A stretch of 64,000 nucleotides of DNA from Bacteroidota bacterium (GCA_023251555.1 JAHEYN010000011.1:1503-65502); one strand, 5' to 3'. Counted from the first letter of the stretch, positions 36,387 through 47,163 are shown. The notes: generated from the letters alone by a model not told the origin. Numbers and translations: made by a program.

Positions 36387-38933
36387 TCAGAATCTTGCGG
36401 TCATCCTGATGTTAAGCTGGCGTTTCGTAAGATAATTGGGTACTGCGTATTGTCTTCCTGTTACATCCGCCACCCATATATAAGAAACTGTATTGCTTAC
36501 CCCCAGCAGGTTAAAGATTTCTGCACTTATCCACAGGGAGTTCAGATTTTTGAGCAGACCGCTGGCCGGCTTGATTTTTACATGTTCCCCTATGATCTCC
36601 TTCGAGAAGCCGATGTCCGCGCGGCGGTATGGAGGGATGCGCAGGACATCCCTGTATTTTTCATAGCCGGGAGGCCCGAAGGGAAGCCCGCTGCCGAACA
36701 GCAGGTTGAGGTGCATTTTATAGGTGGGGTATTTCGGAAGATAGTCCTGGAAGAAGAGTCCGAAGTTGATACGCTGGTCGGTAGGGCGGGGGATATACCC
36801 CGGCTCGTGCCGCACACTGTCCGTTGGAATATTGTCCAGTGTGTATCCTTTGATAATTTGCTCTCCTGATTTGTTGTAGTAATCATAATAGTAATCTCCT
36901 TCAATGTCTTCCTGCGTCTGCATCACCGAGAGACTTGCCCATGACTCAAGGCCGGTAACAAACTCCCCGTTTATGCGCATGTCAATGCCCGCAGCATAGC
37001 CATGTGCATTGTTGTTGGCCAGGTAGCGGATCCTGACATTGTCAATTTTGTAAGGGATGATGTTGTCAAGGTGTTTGTAATAGATTTCAGTAACATACTT
37101 GAAAGGCCTTCCCCATGCCCTGAAACTGTAATCTCCTCCCGTTACAAAGTGTATGGAACGCTGTGCCCGGATATCCTTATGAATGTTTCCTTCGAGGTCG
37201 CGCAATTCCCGGTAGAAGGGTGGCTGGTAGTAGTATCCGGAAGAAAGCCTGAACACAAAATCTTTTTTCCATTTCGGCCTGAAAGAGTATGCCGCCCTCG
37301 GGCTGATGATAAACTGGTTGTTAAGATCCCAGTAGTTGATGCGTATGCCGGTCGTGAGCGACATATTGCTGCTGTCGCTCAGCGTCGAGGTGTTCTGGAT
37401 ATATGCGCTGTAACGGTCAGAGGAAAGGTCTGTGGAATTCTTCACCACATCCTGAAGCAATATATCCTGCACGGGACGTGACGATGGGAATGCATATCCT
37501 ATGGAATCATCGGGATGGGGAAGGTTATATCCCGAGGAGTCAATCATTTTCCATTCGGTGAGCCTGTCATGTATAATCTCATTCTGCAGCCGCCCTCCCC
37601 ACTGCAGGTAGTTTTTCCCACGGGTGTAATAGCCTTTGTGTTCGATGTTGTTTACAAAAGCATCCAGGTAATTTCTTGCATGGTTGAGGTAGGTACCCAC
37701 CCCCAGGTTAAATGCCACATCCCCGAAGTTGGATTTACCGATATCTCTCTCCAGTTCATCAATATAGTATTGTCCTTCGGTATCAAATGTTTCACTTTCA
37801 TAGGTCTTATAGCTTGAAGCAATGAATTTCATGCGGAGGTTGTTGTCCGGCTTGTAGGTAGTACTGAAAGCGCCCATATAGGTTTCGTACCTGTCTGCCT
37901 CCCTGCCGTCAAAATAAACGGTAAGCCTGAGTGCTTCATTAATGGTTCCGAAGTCGGTCTCCCTCGTCTGGGGAATAAGCAGGAAGCTGTTACGTGAGAT
38001 GTTGCCCAGAAAAGCGAATTCGAATTTTTCATCGGGGTTGTATGTGACGTAGGACTGGATATCCGTAAATGACGGTCTGTAATCGCCTTTTGTCGGAAGC
38101 CCGCTGAGCACATACTGGTTTGATTTCTGCCTGATGCCTGCGAGGTATGTCCATATGTGATTCCTGCTGCTGCCTTCAAGGTGTGCAGATCCGCCCAGCA
38201 GGCTGAGGCTTCCGGAGCCATGCATCTTCTCCGGTTTTTTATACCGTATGTCAAGCACGGAAGACATTTTGTCGCCATATCTTGCATCGAAGCCCCCCGC
38301 TGAGAATAATATGGATGACACCAGGTCGGAGTTGACAAAGCTCAGTCCTTCCTGCTGGCTGGAGTGGATAAGGAAGGGGCGGTAAACTTCAATGTCATTC
38401 ACATAGACTAAATTTTCGTCGTAGTTACCTCCTCTTACATTGTACTGGGAACTAAGTTCGTTGTTGGATGAAACACCCGGCAGGGTTTTAAGCACCGCCT
38501 CGAAACTTCCTGCAGGATTGGGAAGGAGTTCAATTGTTTTCGGATCTATCCGGGTGATATTGCTGAGGCGGTCCTGCCGGTCTTCAATGGTTACTCCTCC
38601 GAATTCCCGCGTCGCCTCTTTCATGACTTTATTTATTTCTCTGCTCTGGCCGGAAAAAAAGCGTGTCGTATATTTTTCTTTCCGGAAACCAATGCATGAG
38701 TATATTATAGTAACGCTCTTATTCACGGGTACCTTAAGTCTGTATTTTCCGTTCGCATCGCTGACTGTTCCGGTACTGTCGCCTTCTGCCTGTATGTTTA
38801 TTCCCGGTAAAGGGTTTCCAAGAGAATCTTTCATCATACCATAGATCGTTGCCTTCTCCTGTGCAAAAGAGAAAAAGGTAGAAAAAAGAAAAAACAGCAG
38901 GGAGGGAAAGAAATATATCGGCAGGCGTTTCAT
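36387..38933 (-). CDS. TonB-dependent outer-membrane receptor with an N-terminal carboxypeptidase-regulatory-like domain
   Basis: Signal peptide MKRLPIYFFPSLLFFLFSTFFSFAQ. The plug region reads VTIEDR...LKTLPGVSS...YNVRGGNYDENLVYVNDIEV. The C-terminal residue is Phe (...NIRMTARF). Confidence 0.85.
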   Translation of the reverse strand: MKRLPIYFFPSLLFFLFSTFFSFAQEKATIYGMMKDSLGNPLPGINIQAEGDSTGTVSDANGKYRLKVPVNKSVTIIYSCIGFRKEKYTTRFFSGQSREINKVMKEATREFGGVTIEDRQDRLSNITRIDPKTIELLPNPAGSFEAVLKTLPGVSSNNELSSQYNVRGGNYDENLVYVNDIEVYRPFLIHSSQQEGLSFVNSDLVSSILFSAGGFDARYGDKMSSVLDIRYKKPEKMHGSGSLSLLGGSAHLEGSSRNHIWTYLAGIRQKSNQYVLSGLPTKGDYRPSFTDIQSYVTYNPDEKFEFAFLGNISRNSFLLIPQTRETDFGTINEALRLTVYFDGREADRYETYMGAFSTTYKPDNNLRMKFIASSYKTYESETFDTEGQYYIDELERDIGKSNFGDVAFNLGVGTYLNHARNYLDAFVNNIEHKGYYTRGKNYLQWGGRLQNEIIHDRLTEWKMIDSSGYNLPHPDDSIGYAFPSSRPVQDILLQDVVKNSTDLSSDRYSAYIQNTSTLSDSSNMSLTTGIRINYWDLNNQFIISPRAAYSFRPKWKKDFVFRLSSGYYYQPPFYRELRDLEGNIHKDIRAQRSIHFVTGGDYSFRAWGRPFKYVTEIYYKHLDNIIPYKIDNVRIRYLANNNAHGYAAGIDMRINGEFVTGLESWASLSVMQTQEDIEGDYYYDYYNKSGEQIIKGYTLDNIPTDSVRHEPGYIPRPTDQRINFGLFFQDYLPKYPTYKMHLNLLFGSGLPFGPPGYEKYRDVLRIPPYRRADIGFSKEIIGEHVKIKPASGLLKNLNSLWISAEIFNLLGVSNTVSYIWVADVTGRQYAVPNYLTKRQLNIRMTARF

Positions 38934-38937
38934 GCGG

Positions 38938-39564
38938 CTATTTTTCTTTAAACTCCCCGTTCTGCCATGCTTGTATAAACTTCGCCCATGCAAACGGATT
39001 GAAGATGTTCATGGGTGGATATTGCCCTGCATAATAAAGCTGGCTCTGTTTCTGCTGCATGGCATATTTGTAATTCAGGCTGCCGTCCATGGGCATCTCT
39101 TTCATTCGTTCTTTCATCTCAGCCCTGGCCAGATTTTTCTTCGAACGTTCCAGGTCGTCATCGGGTATGTTGAGTTTCAGGAAAGCTTCTTTGAACTGTT
39201 CCTGTGTGGGCCATGGATAGATAATGGTTTCCTTAAAGTAAACAGTATCCCCGTGGAGAATCTGTATCAGGGAATAACGGTTCTCTGTGATGGTGTCCGG
39301 GATAACGAAATGAGCCTTCTTAAATCCCAGCGAAGAAAATTCTATAGTATCATTCTTCTTTGCCACGAACGAGAAAAATCCAAAATAGTCGCTGATGGTG
39401 CCGCGGTATGTTCCCCTGATGATCACGTTGGTGAAAGGAACCGGCTTCAGGCTGTCGCCTGTTATCACTACGCCTGAAAACTGTACCAGGTCATGACTTC
39501 CGTTCTGGGCGAAGGAGTACAATAAGAAGCCTGAAAAAACAGGGAGGAGAATGAGTTTCTTCAT
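38938..39564 (-). CDS. Carboxypeptidase-regulatory-like domain protein
   Basis: Signal peptide MKKLILLPVFSGFLLYSFAQ, then FSGVVITGDSLKPVPFTNVIIRGTYRGTISDYFGFFSF. It lies 4 nt upstream of the TBDR start. Confidence 0.7.
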   Translation of the reverse strand: MKKLILLPVFSGFLLYSFAQNGSHDLVQFSGVVITGDSLKPVPFTNVIIRGTYRGTISDYFGFFSFVAKKNDTIEFSSLGFKKAHFVIPDTITENRYSLIQILHGDTVYFKETIIYPWPTQEQFKEAFLKLNIPDDDLERSKKNLARAEMKERMKEMPMDGSLNYKYAMQQKQSQLYYAGQYPPMNIFNPFAWAKFIQAWQNGEFKEK

Positions 39565-39737
39565 ATGAAGGTGATGCTGGCTGTCACCGGGTGGCGTGTA
39601 TACCCGCGGCGGCGGCAAAAATACATTATCACAGTGATTATACCAATATCTGCAGCCTGTGCATGATGTTTTACTGTCGCATAACGGATATTCCCGGTTT
39701 TTATTACCTTTACAACTGTCAAAAACGAAACACTACT

Positions 39738-40838
39738 ATGAAAAAAGCAGCTTTAACTCTTTGCGCAGTACTCTCCGCAGGAATGCTGCTTGCCCAGGTC
39801 ACTATCACTAAAACCGATATGCCCGCTGCCGGAGATACCTTCCGTATCAGTACCGGCCTTGATACCCTTATTACCGACCCTACGCTTACGGGAGCAGGTT
39901 ATTCATGGGACTACTCATCCCTTGTTGCCCTTTCCCAAAAGGTGGATACTTTTGTAAGCGCCTCATCCACCCCGATTACGTATTATCTTTCTTTTAATAA
40001 TATGTTTGACACTACGCACAAAGCCAATCTCGCTGCACGTGTTGCCGTTCCTGACTCAATCGGATCCCTTCAGCCCACCAACGTGTATAATTATTTTAAG
40101 GTGAAGAACTGGGGATATGAGCAGGTGGGCTTTGCACAAACAATCAATGGTCTTCCCCTTCCCGTTACCTTTGATACAACCGATATGATTTACCGGTTTC
40201 CCATGAACTACGGTAACGCTGACTCGTGCACCTCTTTTTATAAGATAGATGTACCCTCCCTTATCTACTATTCCCAGAAAAAGCACAGGGTGAATGAAGT
40301 GGACGGGTGGGGAACCCTCGTTACCCCTTTCGGTTCTTTCTCCGTACTCAGGGTGAAATCCACCATCATGGCCCATGACAGCATGTTTTACTATTCACTC
40401 AGCACCGGCTATGGCTTTGACCACCCTCTTGAAATTGACTACAAATGGCTCGGACAGGGAGAAGGGGTGCCACTCCTTCAGATCAATACCGTTGACCAGT
40501 TGGGCTTTCCGTTTGTAACATCCATCACATACCGTGATAGTGCAAGGAGCACGATTTTGGGTACAGGAAAAATAAATGGACAGCTTTCCCATGTTAATGT
40601 TTTCCCTAATCCTGCCGCTTCTTTATTTAATGTATATATTCCTTCAGCAGAGATTAATGCCCTTCCCGGAACTTATGTTTTCTCGATGAATGATGTGCTT
40701 GGAAGGGAAGTTATGTCTGCAAATCTTTCCGGTAGGATTTCAAGGATTGACGGGGGAAATCTGCTTTCAGGAATTTATTTTTACCGTGTTACTGTTTCCG
40801 GCAAAACCATTGCTTCAGGAAAAGTTGTGATGGAATAG
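39738..40838 (+). CDS. Secreted protein with a T9SS type A C-terminal sorting domain
   Basis: ATG at 39738 gives MKKAALTLCAVLSAGMLLAQ. The C-terminus reads VNVFPNPAASLFNVYIP...GIYFYRVTVSGKTIASGKVVME. Confidence 0.8.
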   Translation: MKKAALTLCAVLSAGMLLAQVTITKTDMPAAGDTFRISTGLDTLITDPTLTGAGYSWDYSSLVALSQKVDTFVSASSTPITYYLSFNNMFDTTHKANLAARVAVPDSIGSLQPTNVYNYFKVKNWGYEQVGFAQTINGLPLPVTFDTTDMIYRFPMNYGNADSCTSFYKIDVPSLIYYSQKKHRVNEVDGWGTLVTPFGSFSVLRVKSTIMAHDSMFYYSLSTGYGFDHPLEIDYKWLGQGEGVPLLQINTVDQLGFPFVTSITYRDSARSTILGTGKINGQLSHVNVFPNPAASLFNVYIPSAEINALPGTYVFSMNDVLGREVMSANLSGRISRIDGGNLLSGIYFYRVTVSGKTIASGKVVME

Positions 40839-40850
40839 GAGGGGCTTTTT

Positions 40851-41915
40851 ATGGATGTGCTGCCTGTAACTGAACCTTTACGCCTTACAAAATTCAGTCA
40901 TGGAGGCGGCTGTGGATGTAAAATCTCCCCGTCCGTACTCGAGGAAATTCTGAAGAATCACAAGACCGGTGAGGCATACAAACACCTCATCGTTGGAAAC
41001 AGCAGCAACGACGATGCCGCTGTATATGATATAGGCGGGGGCCGGGCACTGATAAGCACCACCGATTTTTTTATGCCTATCGTGGATGACCCCTTCGACT
41101 TTGGACGTATTGCTTCCGCCAATGCCATCAGCGATGTATATGCTATGGGAGGGACACCCCTCCTGGCAATTGCCATACTCGGATGGCCTGTAAATAAAAT
41201 TCCTCCGGTGCATGCGGCAAAAGTTATAGAAGGAGGCCGCAGCATTTGCGCTGATGCAGGCATTCCTCTTGCCGGAGGACACAGTATTGACAGTCCTGAA
41301 CCTGTCTTCGGTCTTGCGGTGACCGGCATGGCAGATATCCGCCATATTAAGAGAAATGATACTGCAAGAGAAGGCGATCTGTTGTTTCTTACGAAACCCC
41401 TTGGTACCGGTATTCTCGGTACAGCGGTGAAAAAAGGCATTATCAGCGGGGAGGATTACCAGGCCCTTATCTCAGGCATGTGTAGCCTGAACAAGGTAGG
41501 AGAGCAGCTTGGAAAAATTGAGGGCGTTCATGCGCTCACGGATGTAACAGGCTTTGGCCTGCTGGGACACCTGCTTGAAATGTGCCGGGGCAGCAGGCTT
41601 TCCGCGGAAGTCAGCAAAAAGGCAGTCCCCCTTTACCCGGATCTGCAAAAATATATCGCTGCGAAATGCTTTCCTGATAACACTTATCGTAACTGGAGCA
41701 GCTATGGAGCTTCTGTGAAAGGAGTGGAAGACGACACTTTTATTACTCTTTCTGACCCCCAGACCAGTGGCGGCCTTCTCGCCGCTGTCGCTCCTTCTGC
41801 AGTTGATGAATACAGGAAAACGCTTCTCACTGCCGGACTTCCTTCTTATGCGGCTTTACCGATAGGAAAAATGAAAGCCTCTACTGGCGATTTTCATATT
41901 GATATTTTAGGGTAA
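40851..41915 (+). CDS. selD: Selenide, water dikinase (Cys form)
   Basis: SHGGGCGCKISP matches the E. coli SelD GCGCK (Cys17/Lys20) loop, with the AIR-synthase-like fold motifs DDAAVY and GGHSID. Confidence 0.88.
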   Translation: MDVLPVTEPLRLTKFSHGGGCGCKISPSVLEEILKNHKTGEAYKHLIVGNSSNDDAAVYDIGGGRALISTTDFFMPIVDDPFDFGRIASANAISDVYAMGGTPLLAIAILGWPVNKIPPVHAAKVIEGGRSICADAGIPLAGGHSIDSPEPVFGLAVTGMADIRHIKRNDTAREGDLLFLTKPLGTGILGTAVKKGIISGEDYQALISGMCSLNKVGEQLGKIEGVHALTDVTGFGLLGHLLEMCRGSRLSAEVSKKAVPLYPDLQKYIAAKCFPDNTYRNWSSYGASVKGVEDDTFITLSDPQTSGGLLAAVAPSAVDEYRKTLLTAGLPSYAALPIGKMKASTGDFHIDILG

Positions 41916-41965
41916 AACAGGCTTTTCTTCCCCCCTGAAATATTTTGTAAAATCATAAGTTTAAT

Positions 41966-41973
41966 TAAATTTG
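41966..41973 (+). promoter_or_regulatory. Candidate -7 promoter box (TAAATTTG)
   Basis: Matches TAnnTTTG, 27 nt upstream of ATG 42000. Confidence 0.35.
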
Positions 41974-41999
41974 CAGCCTGATTTAAAAATTATTATAAC

Positions 42000-43958
42000 A
42001 TGAAAAAAATAATTGCAAGTCTTTTTTGTTGCACCCTCCTTTTGGGATATGCACCAGCTCAGGATAAAAAAGACCCGGTATTATTAAATTTTGCCGGTAA
42101 GGATGTCTCTAAATCAGAGTTTGAAAAGATATACAGGAAGAACAATACCAAGGATGCCGCTTTTGATAAAAAAACTATTGAAGATTATCTTGAACTTTTC
42201 ATCAATTACAAGCTGAAAGTCAGGGAGGCAGAGGAGATGGGCATAGATACCACAGCTTCTTTTAAAAATGAACTCGCAGGGTATAAAAAACAGCTTTCGC
42301 AGCCTTACCTTGCAGACAAGGACATAACTGATAAAATTCTTCGCGAAGCGTATGAACGCATGAAAACAGATGTGAAAGCAAGTCACATTCTCGTAAAACT
42401 CAGCCCGGATGCCCTTCCGCGTGATACGGTAAAAGCCTATAACAGGATTATGAAGATGAGGGAGATGATCGTGAAGGGTGCAGATTTTGCAAAGCTTGCA
42501 AAAGACAGTTCCGAAGATCTTTCGGCAAAGGAAAACGGCGGGGACCTTGGTTATTTTACTGCACTTCAGATGGTTTACCCTTTTGAATCCGCAGCTTTCA
42601 ATGCAAAGAAAGGGGAGCTCAGCATGCCCGTTCGTACCCGCTTTGGATACCATATTATTAAAGTATCGGATAGCCGCCAGGCTCAGGGAGAAATCCATGT
42701 GGCGCATATCATGGTTAAAACTCCTGCCAATGCCCCTGATTCCGTTGCTTCGAAAGCAAAAAGCAGGATAGATGATATCTATAAACAACTGCAGGGTGGG
42801 GGTAATTTTGAAGAACTTGCCAAGCAGCTCTCCGATGACCAGAATACATCCAGGAACGGCGGAGCCCTTCCCTGGTTCGGCACAGGCAGAATGGTGCCGG
42901 AATTCGAAAAGGCAGCCTTCGCACTTCAGAAAGACGGGGATATTTCTGCGCCGGTAAAATCAGCCTATGGGTGGCACATCATCAAAAGGCTTGAGAAAAA
43001 AGGGCTCGCTTCATTTGAAGACCTCCAGAGTGATCTGAAAGCTAAAATCGCCAAAGATTCAAGATCTGAAATCAGCAGATCTTCCATGGTCTCAAGAATT
43101 AAAAATGATTATAAGTTTAAGGAATTCCCCAAGTCAAAAGAAGAGTTTTACAAAGTTGTTGACTCTACCCTCGCGATGGGTACATGGGATAAAGAGAAAG
43201 CAAAAAGCCTTAACAAGGACATGTTTACCCTCCTTGACAAAAACTTTACCCAGGAAGATTTTGCGAAGTTCATGGCAGATCACCAAATCAGGAAAAAAAA
43301 TGCTTCCCCTGTTGCTGTGGTAAACTCCCTTTACGAACAGTTTGTTTCTGAAAGTTGTATCTCCTTCAAGGAATCAAGGCTTTATACCGAAAACCCTGAT
43401 TTCAAAGCGCTTATGGATGAATATCGTGACGGTATACTTCTTTTCGAGCTTACCGACAGGAAAGTGTGGTCCAGGGCTGTGAAAGATACCATGGGTCTGA
43501 AAGATTATTATGAGAAAAATAAAAACAATTATATGTGGAACCAGCGCCTTGATGCTGCCATTTACACATGCGCCAATGCCGATGTTGCAAAAGAGGTGAG
43601 GAAGTATATCAAGAAGGGGCTGCCGGGGGATACCATAGTCTCAAAAATCAACGGCAAAGATTCCCTCAGCAAGTCTAACCTCATTCTCAATGAAGGCAGG
43701 TTTTCTTTCGGTGATAACAGCGTTGTGGATTCCGTGAAATGGGAGCCTGGAGTATCTCCCGATATGCCGATGGGCAAATCTGTGGCTATTGTGAATGTAA
43801 AAAGCGTAATGCAGCCACAGCCTAAAACGCTTGAAGAATCGAGAGGCCTTGTCACCGCTGACTACCAGGCATTTCTTGAGAAAGACTGGATTGAAACGCT
43901 CCGGAAAAAATATCCTGTTACCGTTAACAAAGAGGTTCTTTCCACTATTTCCCGCTGA
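42000..43958 (+). CDS. Periplasmic parvulin-type peptidyl-prolyl isomerase (PpiD/SurA-like, two PPIase domains)
   Basis: Parvulin motifs VKASHILVKL...GGDLGYF...FGYHIIKV and IHVAHIMVKT...GGALPWFG...YGWHIIKR. Confidence 0.82.
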   Translation: MKKIIASLFCCTLLLGYAPAQDKKDPVLLNFAGKDVSKSEFEKIYRKNNTKDAAFDKKTIEDYLELFINYKLKVREAEEMGIDTTASFKNELAGYKKQLSQPYLADKDITDKILREAYERMKTDVKASHILVKLSPDALPRDTVKAYNRIMKMREMIVKGADFAKLAKDSSEDLSAKENGGDLGYFTALQMVYPFESAAFNAKKGELSMPVRTRFGYHIIKVSDSRQAQGEIHVAHIMVKTPANAPDSVASKAKSRIDDIYKQLQGGGNFEELAKQLSDDQNTSRNGGALPWFGTGRMVPEFEKAAFALQKDGDISAPVKSAYGWHIIKRLEKKGLASFEDLQSDLKAKIAKDSRSEISRSSMVSRIKNDYKFKEFPKSKEEFYKVVDSTLAMGTWDKEKAKSLNKDMFTLLDKNFTQEDFAKFMADHQIRKKNASPVAVVNSLYEQFVSESCISFKESRLYTENPDFKALMDEYRDGILLFELTDRKVWSRAVKDTMGLKDYYEKNKNNYMWNQRLDAAIYTCANADVAKEVRKYIKKGLPGDTIVSKINGKDSLSKSNLILNEGRFSFGDNSVVDSVKWEPGVSPDMPMGKSVAIVNVKSVMQPQPKTLEESRGLVTADYQAFLEKDWIETLRKKYPVTVNKEVLSTISR

Positions 43959-43978
43959 GAAGACAACCCTTCTGCCCC

Positions 43979-44854
43979 GTGCCAAAGCTATTTTTTTATA
44001 AGCAGATCCTGGCATGTGCTGGAATCATTTTACTGTTATCGTCCTGCAACTATTTCAGGAGAAATAACACCAAAGAAGAAGTTGCGGTTGCCAGGGTATT
44101 CGATGCCTTTTTGTATCATTCCGATCTTAAAGAAGTGATCCCTGCGGGCATTCCTCCCAGGGATAGTATCAAAATTGCCAGAAATTATATTGAAGAATGG
44201 ATCCGCCAGCAGGTTGTGCTGAAAAAAGCTGAAGATAACCTTGACAAGGATAAAGTGGATGTTGAAAAGCAGCTCAGGGACTACAGGAATTCGCTTATTA
44301 CATTTGAATATAAGAAAGAACTGACGGAGCAACGCCTTGACACCGTCGTAGGCGACGGGGAAATAAACAGTTATTATGAGAAGCACAAGGGTGATTTTGA
44401 ATTGAAATTTAATATCGTTAAGGTTCTGTACCTGAAGCTGGAAAAGCATTCTCCCCATCTTGACAAGGTGAAAAGATGGTATAAGTCTGAGCTGCCGAAA
44501 GACCGCCAGTCTCTTGAGGATTACAGCCGGCAGTATGCGCTGAATTTTTTCCTGGACGATAATACCTGGCTGCTGTTTGATGATATATTGAAGGAGGTCC
44601 CCATCAAAACATATGACCAGGAACAGTTCCTGAAGAACAACCGGTTTATTGAGATAGAAGATTCGGTAAATGTGTATCTTGTGAATATAAAAGGATTCAG
44701 GATTAAAGACAGCGTATCTCCTCTCAGTTTTGAAAAAGAAAATATCAGGAATTATATCCTGAACCAGAGGAAGCTTGACCTGATAGAGGAAATGGAAAAG
44801 AAAGCCTATGAGGATGCCCTCAAAAATCATGACTTTGAAATATTTGTAAGGTGA
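43979..44854 (+). CDS. Lipoprotein, SurA-N/chaperone-like, conserved between the two PPIase genes
   Basis: Lipobox LLLSSC. There is no PPIase motif. GTG start. Confidence 0.55.
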   Translation: MPKLFFYKQILACAGIILLLSSCNYFRRNNTKEEVAVARVFDAFLYHSDLKEVIPAGIPPRDSIKIARNYIEEWIRQQVVLKKAEDNLDKDKVDVEKQLRDYRNSLITFEYKKELTEQRLDTVVGDGEINSYYEKHKGDFELKFNIVKVLYLKLEKHSPHLDKVKRWYKSELPKDRQSLEDYSRQYALNFFLDDNTWLLFDDILKEVPIKTYDQEQFLKNNRFIEIEDSVNVYLVNIKGFRIKDSVSPLSFEKENIRNYILNQRKLDLIEEMEKKAYEDALKNHDFEIFVR

Positions 44855-46185
44855 AAAAAAAATCTCTTTGTTTGTTTTCGGTATTCCTGCTGCTTCCGTT
44901 TATGAACCCTGCACAGGTCATAGATAAGATTATTGCCACGGTGGGCTCAAACATTGTTCTGCAGTCGGATATAGAGTTCCAGTATGCCCAGTTCCTGTCA
45001 ATGGGGAATACTCCCGACGAGAGCATCAGGTGCGAGATCCTTGACCAGCTGCTGCTGAATAAATTGCTAATCAACCAGGCTCAGGTGGATAGCGTGGAGG
45101 TGGGCGACAGTCAGGTTGAGTCGGAGCTCGACAGGAGGATCCGTTATTTTGTGGCCCAGGTCGGATCGGAGAAAAAACTCGAGGAGTATTATAAAAAATC
45201 CATTAACGAAATCAAGGCGGAGTTCAGGGATGATGTGAAGAAGCAGCTCCTTGCCCAGACTATGCAGTCAAAAATCACCAAGGACATTACGGCAAGCCCT
45301 TCGGATGTCAAGAACTATTATACATCCATTCCGCCGGATTCGCTTCCCTATATCAATTCGGAAATGGAAGTGGCGCGTATCGTAAGGAAAACGCCTGTCA
45401 GTACAAGGGCAAAAGATTCGGCGAGAGCGGAACTTGAGAGGATCAGGGAGCGCGTTGCCGGCGGGGCCGACTTTGCGGCTATGGCCGCACTTTATTCCGA
45501 AGACCCCGGATCTGCAAAAAAAGGAGGCGAACTGGGTTTTGTCAACAGGGGTGACCTCGTTCCTGAATTCGAGGCAGCAGCTTTCCGGCTTAAGGATAAG
45601 GAGGTTTCTCCCATTATTGAAACTAAATTCGGATTTCATATTATACAGTTAATTGAGCGGAGAGGTGACCAGATAAACGTAAGACATGTCCTTGTTAAAC
45701 CAGAGATTTCACCGGCTGATCTTGATTCGGCAAAAGTTTTTCTTGACAGCATTGCCATCCTCATCCGGAATGGTAAAATGACATTCAGCGAGGCCGCAGT
45801 GAAATATTCCGATGAAGCTGAAACTAAAAATAACGGGGGGGTGATGAGCAACCCGCAAACAGGAACTACAAAGTTTGAAGCCTCCCAGCTTGATCCCAAT
45901 ATTTTTTTTCAGGTAGACAAGATTAAGACGGGCGAACTGACCGGTGCTGTACTGATTCCGGGCTATGAAGGCCAGAGTGTTTACCAGCTCCTCACGCTGA
46001 GATCCAAAACAGATCCCCACCGTGCCAATCTCAGGGATGATTACCAGCGGATACAGAATGCCGCCCTCTCTGAAAAGCAGGGAAAAGCAATATCCGCCTG
46101 GGTGAAACATAAAAAAGAGAACACATATATTAATATTGCAGATGAGTATAAGAGTTGTGCTCTTATGAAAAGCTGGATAAACTGA
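44851..46185 (+). CDS. surA: Peptidyl-prolyl isomerase SurA-like chaperone
   Basis: Signal peptide and a SurA N-domain (IIATVGSNIVLQSDIE). Parvulin motifs GGELGFV...FGFHIIQL are present. Confidence 0.8.
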   Translation: MKKKSLCLFSVFLLLPFMNPAQVIDKIIATVGSNIVLQSDIEFQYAQFLSMGNTPDESIRCEILDQLLLNKLLINQAQVDSVEVGDSQVESELDRRIRYFVAQVGSEKKLEEYYKKSINEIKAEFRDDVKKQLLAQTMQSKITKDITASPSDVKNYYTSIPPDSLPYINSEMEVARIVRKTPVSTRAKDSARAELERIRERVAGGADFAAMAALYSEDPGSAKKGGELGFVNRGDLVPEFEAAAFRLKDKEVSPIIETKFGFHIIQLIERRGDQINVRHVLVKPEISPADLDSAKVFLDSIAILIRNGKMTFSEAAVKYSDEAETKNNGGVMSNPQTGTTKFEASQLDPNIFFQVDKIKTGELTGAVLIPGYEGQSVYQLLTLRSKTDPHRANLRDDYQRIQNAALSEKQGKAISAWVKHKKENTYINIADEYKSCALMKSWIN

Positions 46186-46194
46186 TAACCGGAT

Positions 46195-47163
46195 ATGAAT
46201 ACCACAAATACTTCTGACGTACAGGCTGTTGAACAGCTTGCCGTTTCAGGCAACAGGCTGAAGGGCGAGATTGCGAAAGTTATCGTAGGCCAGGATGAGG
46301 TTGTCATGGATGTGCTGATATCTGTGTTCAGCCGCGGGCATTGCCTGCTGGTTGGTGTTCCCGGGCTTGCAAAAACGCTCCTTGTAAATACAATTGCACA
46401 GGTGCTCGGCCTTAGCTACAACCGCATTCAATTTACACCCGACCTGATGCCGTCAGATATTACCGGTACCGAAATACTTGATGAAACAAGGCAGTTCCGC
46501 TTTATAAAAGGGCCTCTCTTTGCCAACATTATTCTTGCTGACGAAATTAACAGGACTCCTCCTAAAACACAGTCAGCACTCCTTGAGGCTATGCAGGAAT
46601 ATGCAGTTACTGCTTCCGGAAAACGTTACCCGCTGGAGAAACCTTTTTTCGTGCTTGCCACACAGAACCCCATAGAGCAGGAGGGAACCTATCCTCTTCC
46701 TGAAGCTCAGCTCGACAGGTTTATGTTCAATGTACTCCTTGACTATCCGTCTTTTGAAGAAGAGGTTGAAGTTGTAAAAAATACAACCTCCGGAAGAGAA
46801 CCGGTACCCGGAAAAATTCTTGAGGCAGGGCAGATAATTGCTTTCCAGGAGCTTGTGAGGCGTGTACCTGTGGCCGACAACGTGATGGAATATGCAGTCA
46901 GGCTTGCAGGTTCTACCCGTCCGCATTCAGGACTTGCCACGGAAACTGTCAATAAATATGTTTCATGGGGTGCAGGTCCGCGTGCTTCCCAGTATCTCAC
47001 GGTTGGCGCCAAATGTCATGCAGCACTGAAAGGAAAATATTCTCCGGATATTGAAGATGTGCAATATGTCGCGCCCGGGATACTCCGTCACCGCATAGTG
47101 AGGAATTATAAAGCTGAAGCTGAAGGCGTTTCCGTTGAACAGATTATAAAGAATCTTCTCTAA
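46195..47163 (+). CDS. moxR: MoxR-family AAA+ ATPase
   Basis: Walker A GVPGLAKT, Walker B ILADEINR, and ATQNPIEQEGTYPLPEAQLDRF. Confidence 0.9.
   Translation: MNTTNTSDVQAVEQLAVSGNRLKGEIAKVIVGQDEVVMDVLISVFSRGHCLLVGVPGLAKTLLVNTIAQVLGLSYNRIQFTPDLMPSDITGTEILDETRQFRFIKGPLFANIILADEINRTPPKTQSALLEAMQEYAVTASGKRYPLEKPFFVLATQNPIEQEGTYPLPEAQLDRFMFNVLLDYPSFEEEVEVVKNTTSGREPVPGKILEAGQIIAFQELVRRVPVADNVMEYAVRLAGSTRPHSGLATETVNKYVSWGAGPRASQYLTVGAKCHAALKGKYSPDIEDVQYVAPGILRHRIVRNYKAEAEGVSVEQIIKNLL

Noticed and set aside
47144-47163. The 20-nt convergent overlap of the moxR and wbqC 3' ends as a regulatory feature
   Set aside because: Short convergent overlaps are common in compact genomes, and no structure or motif is associated with this one.
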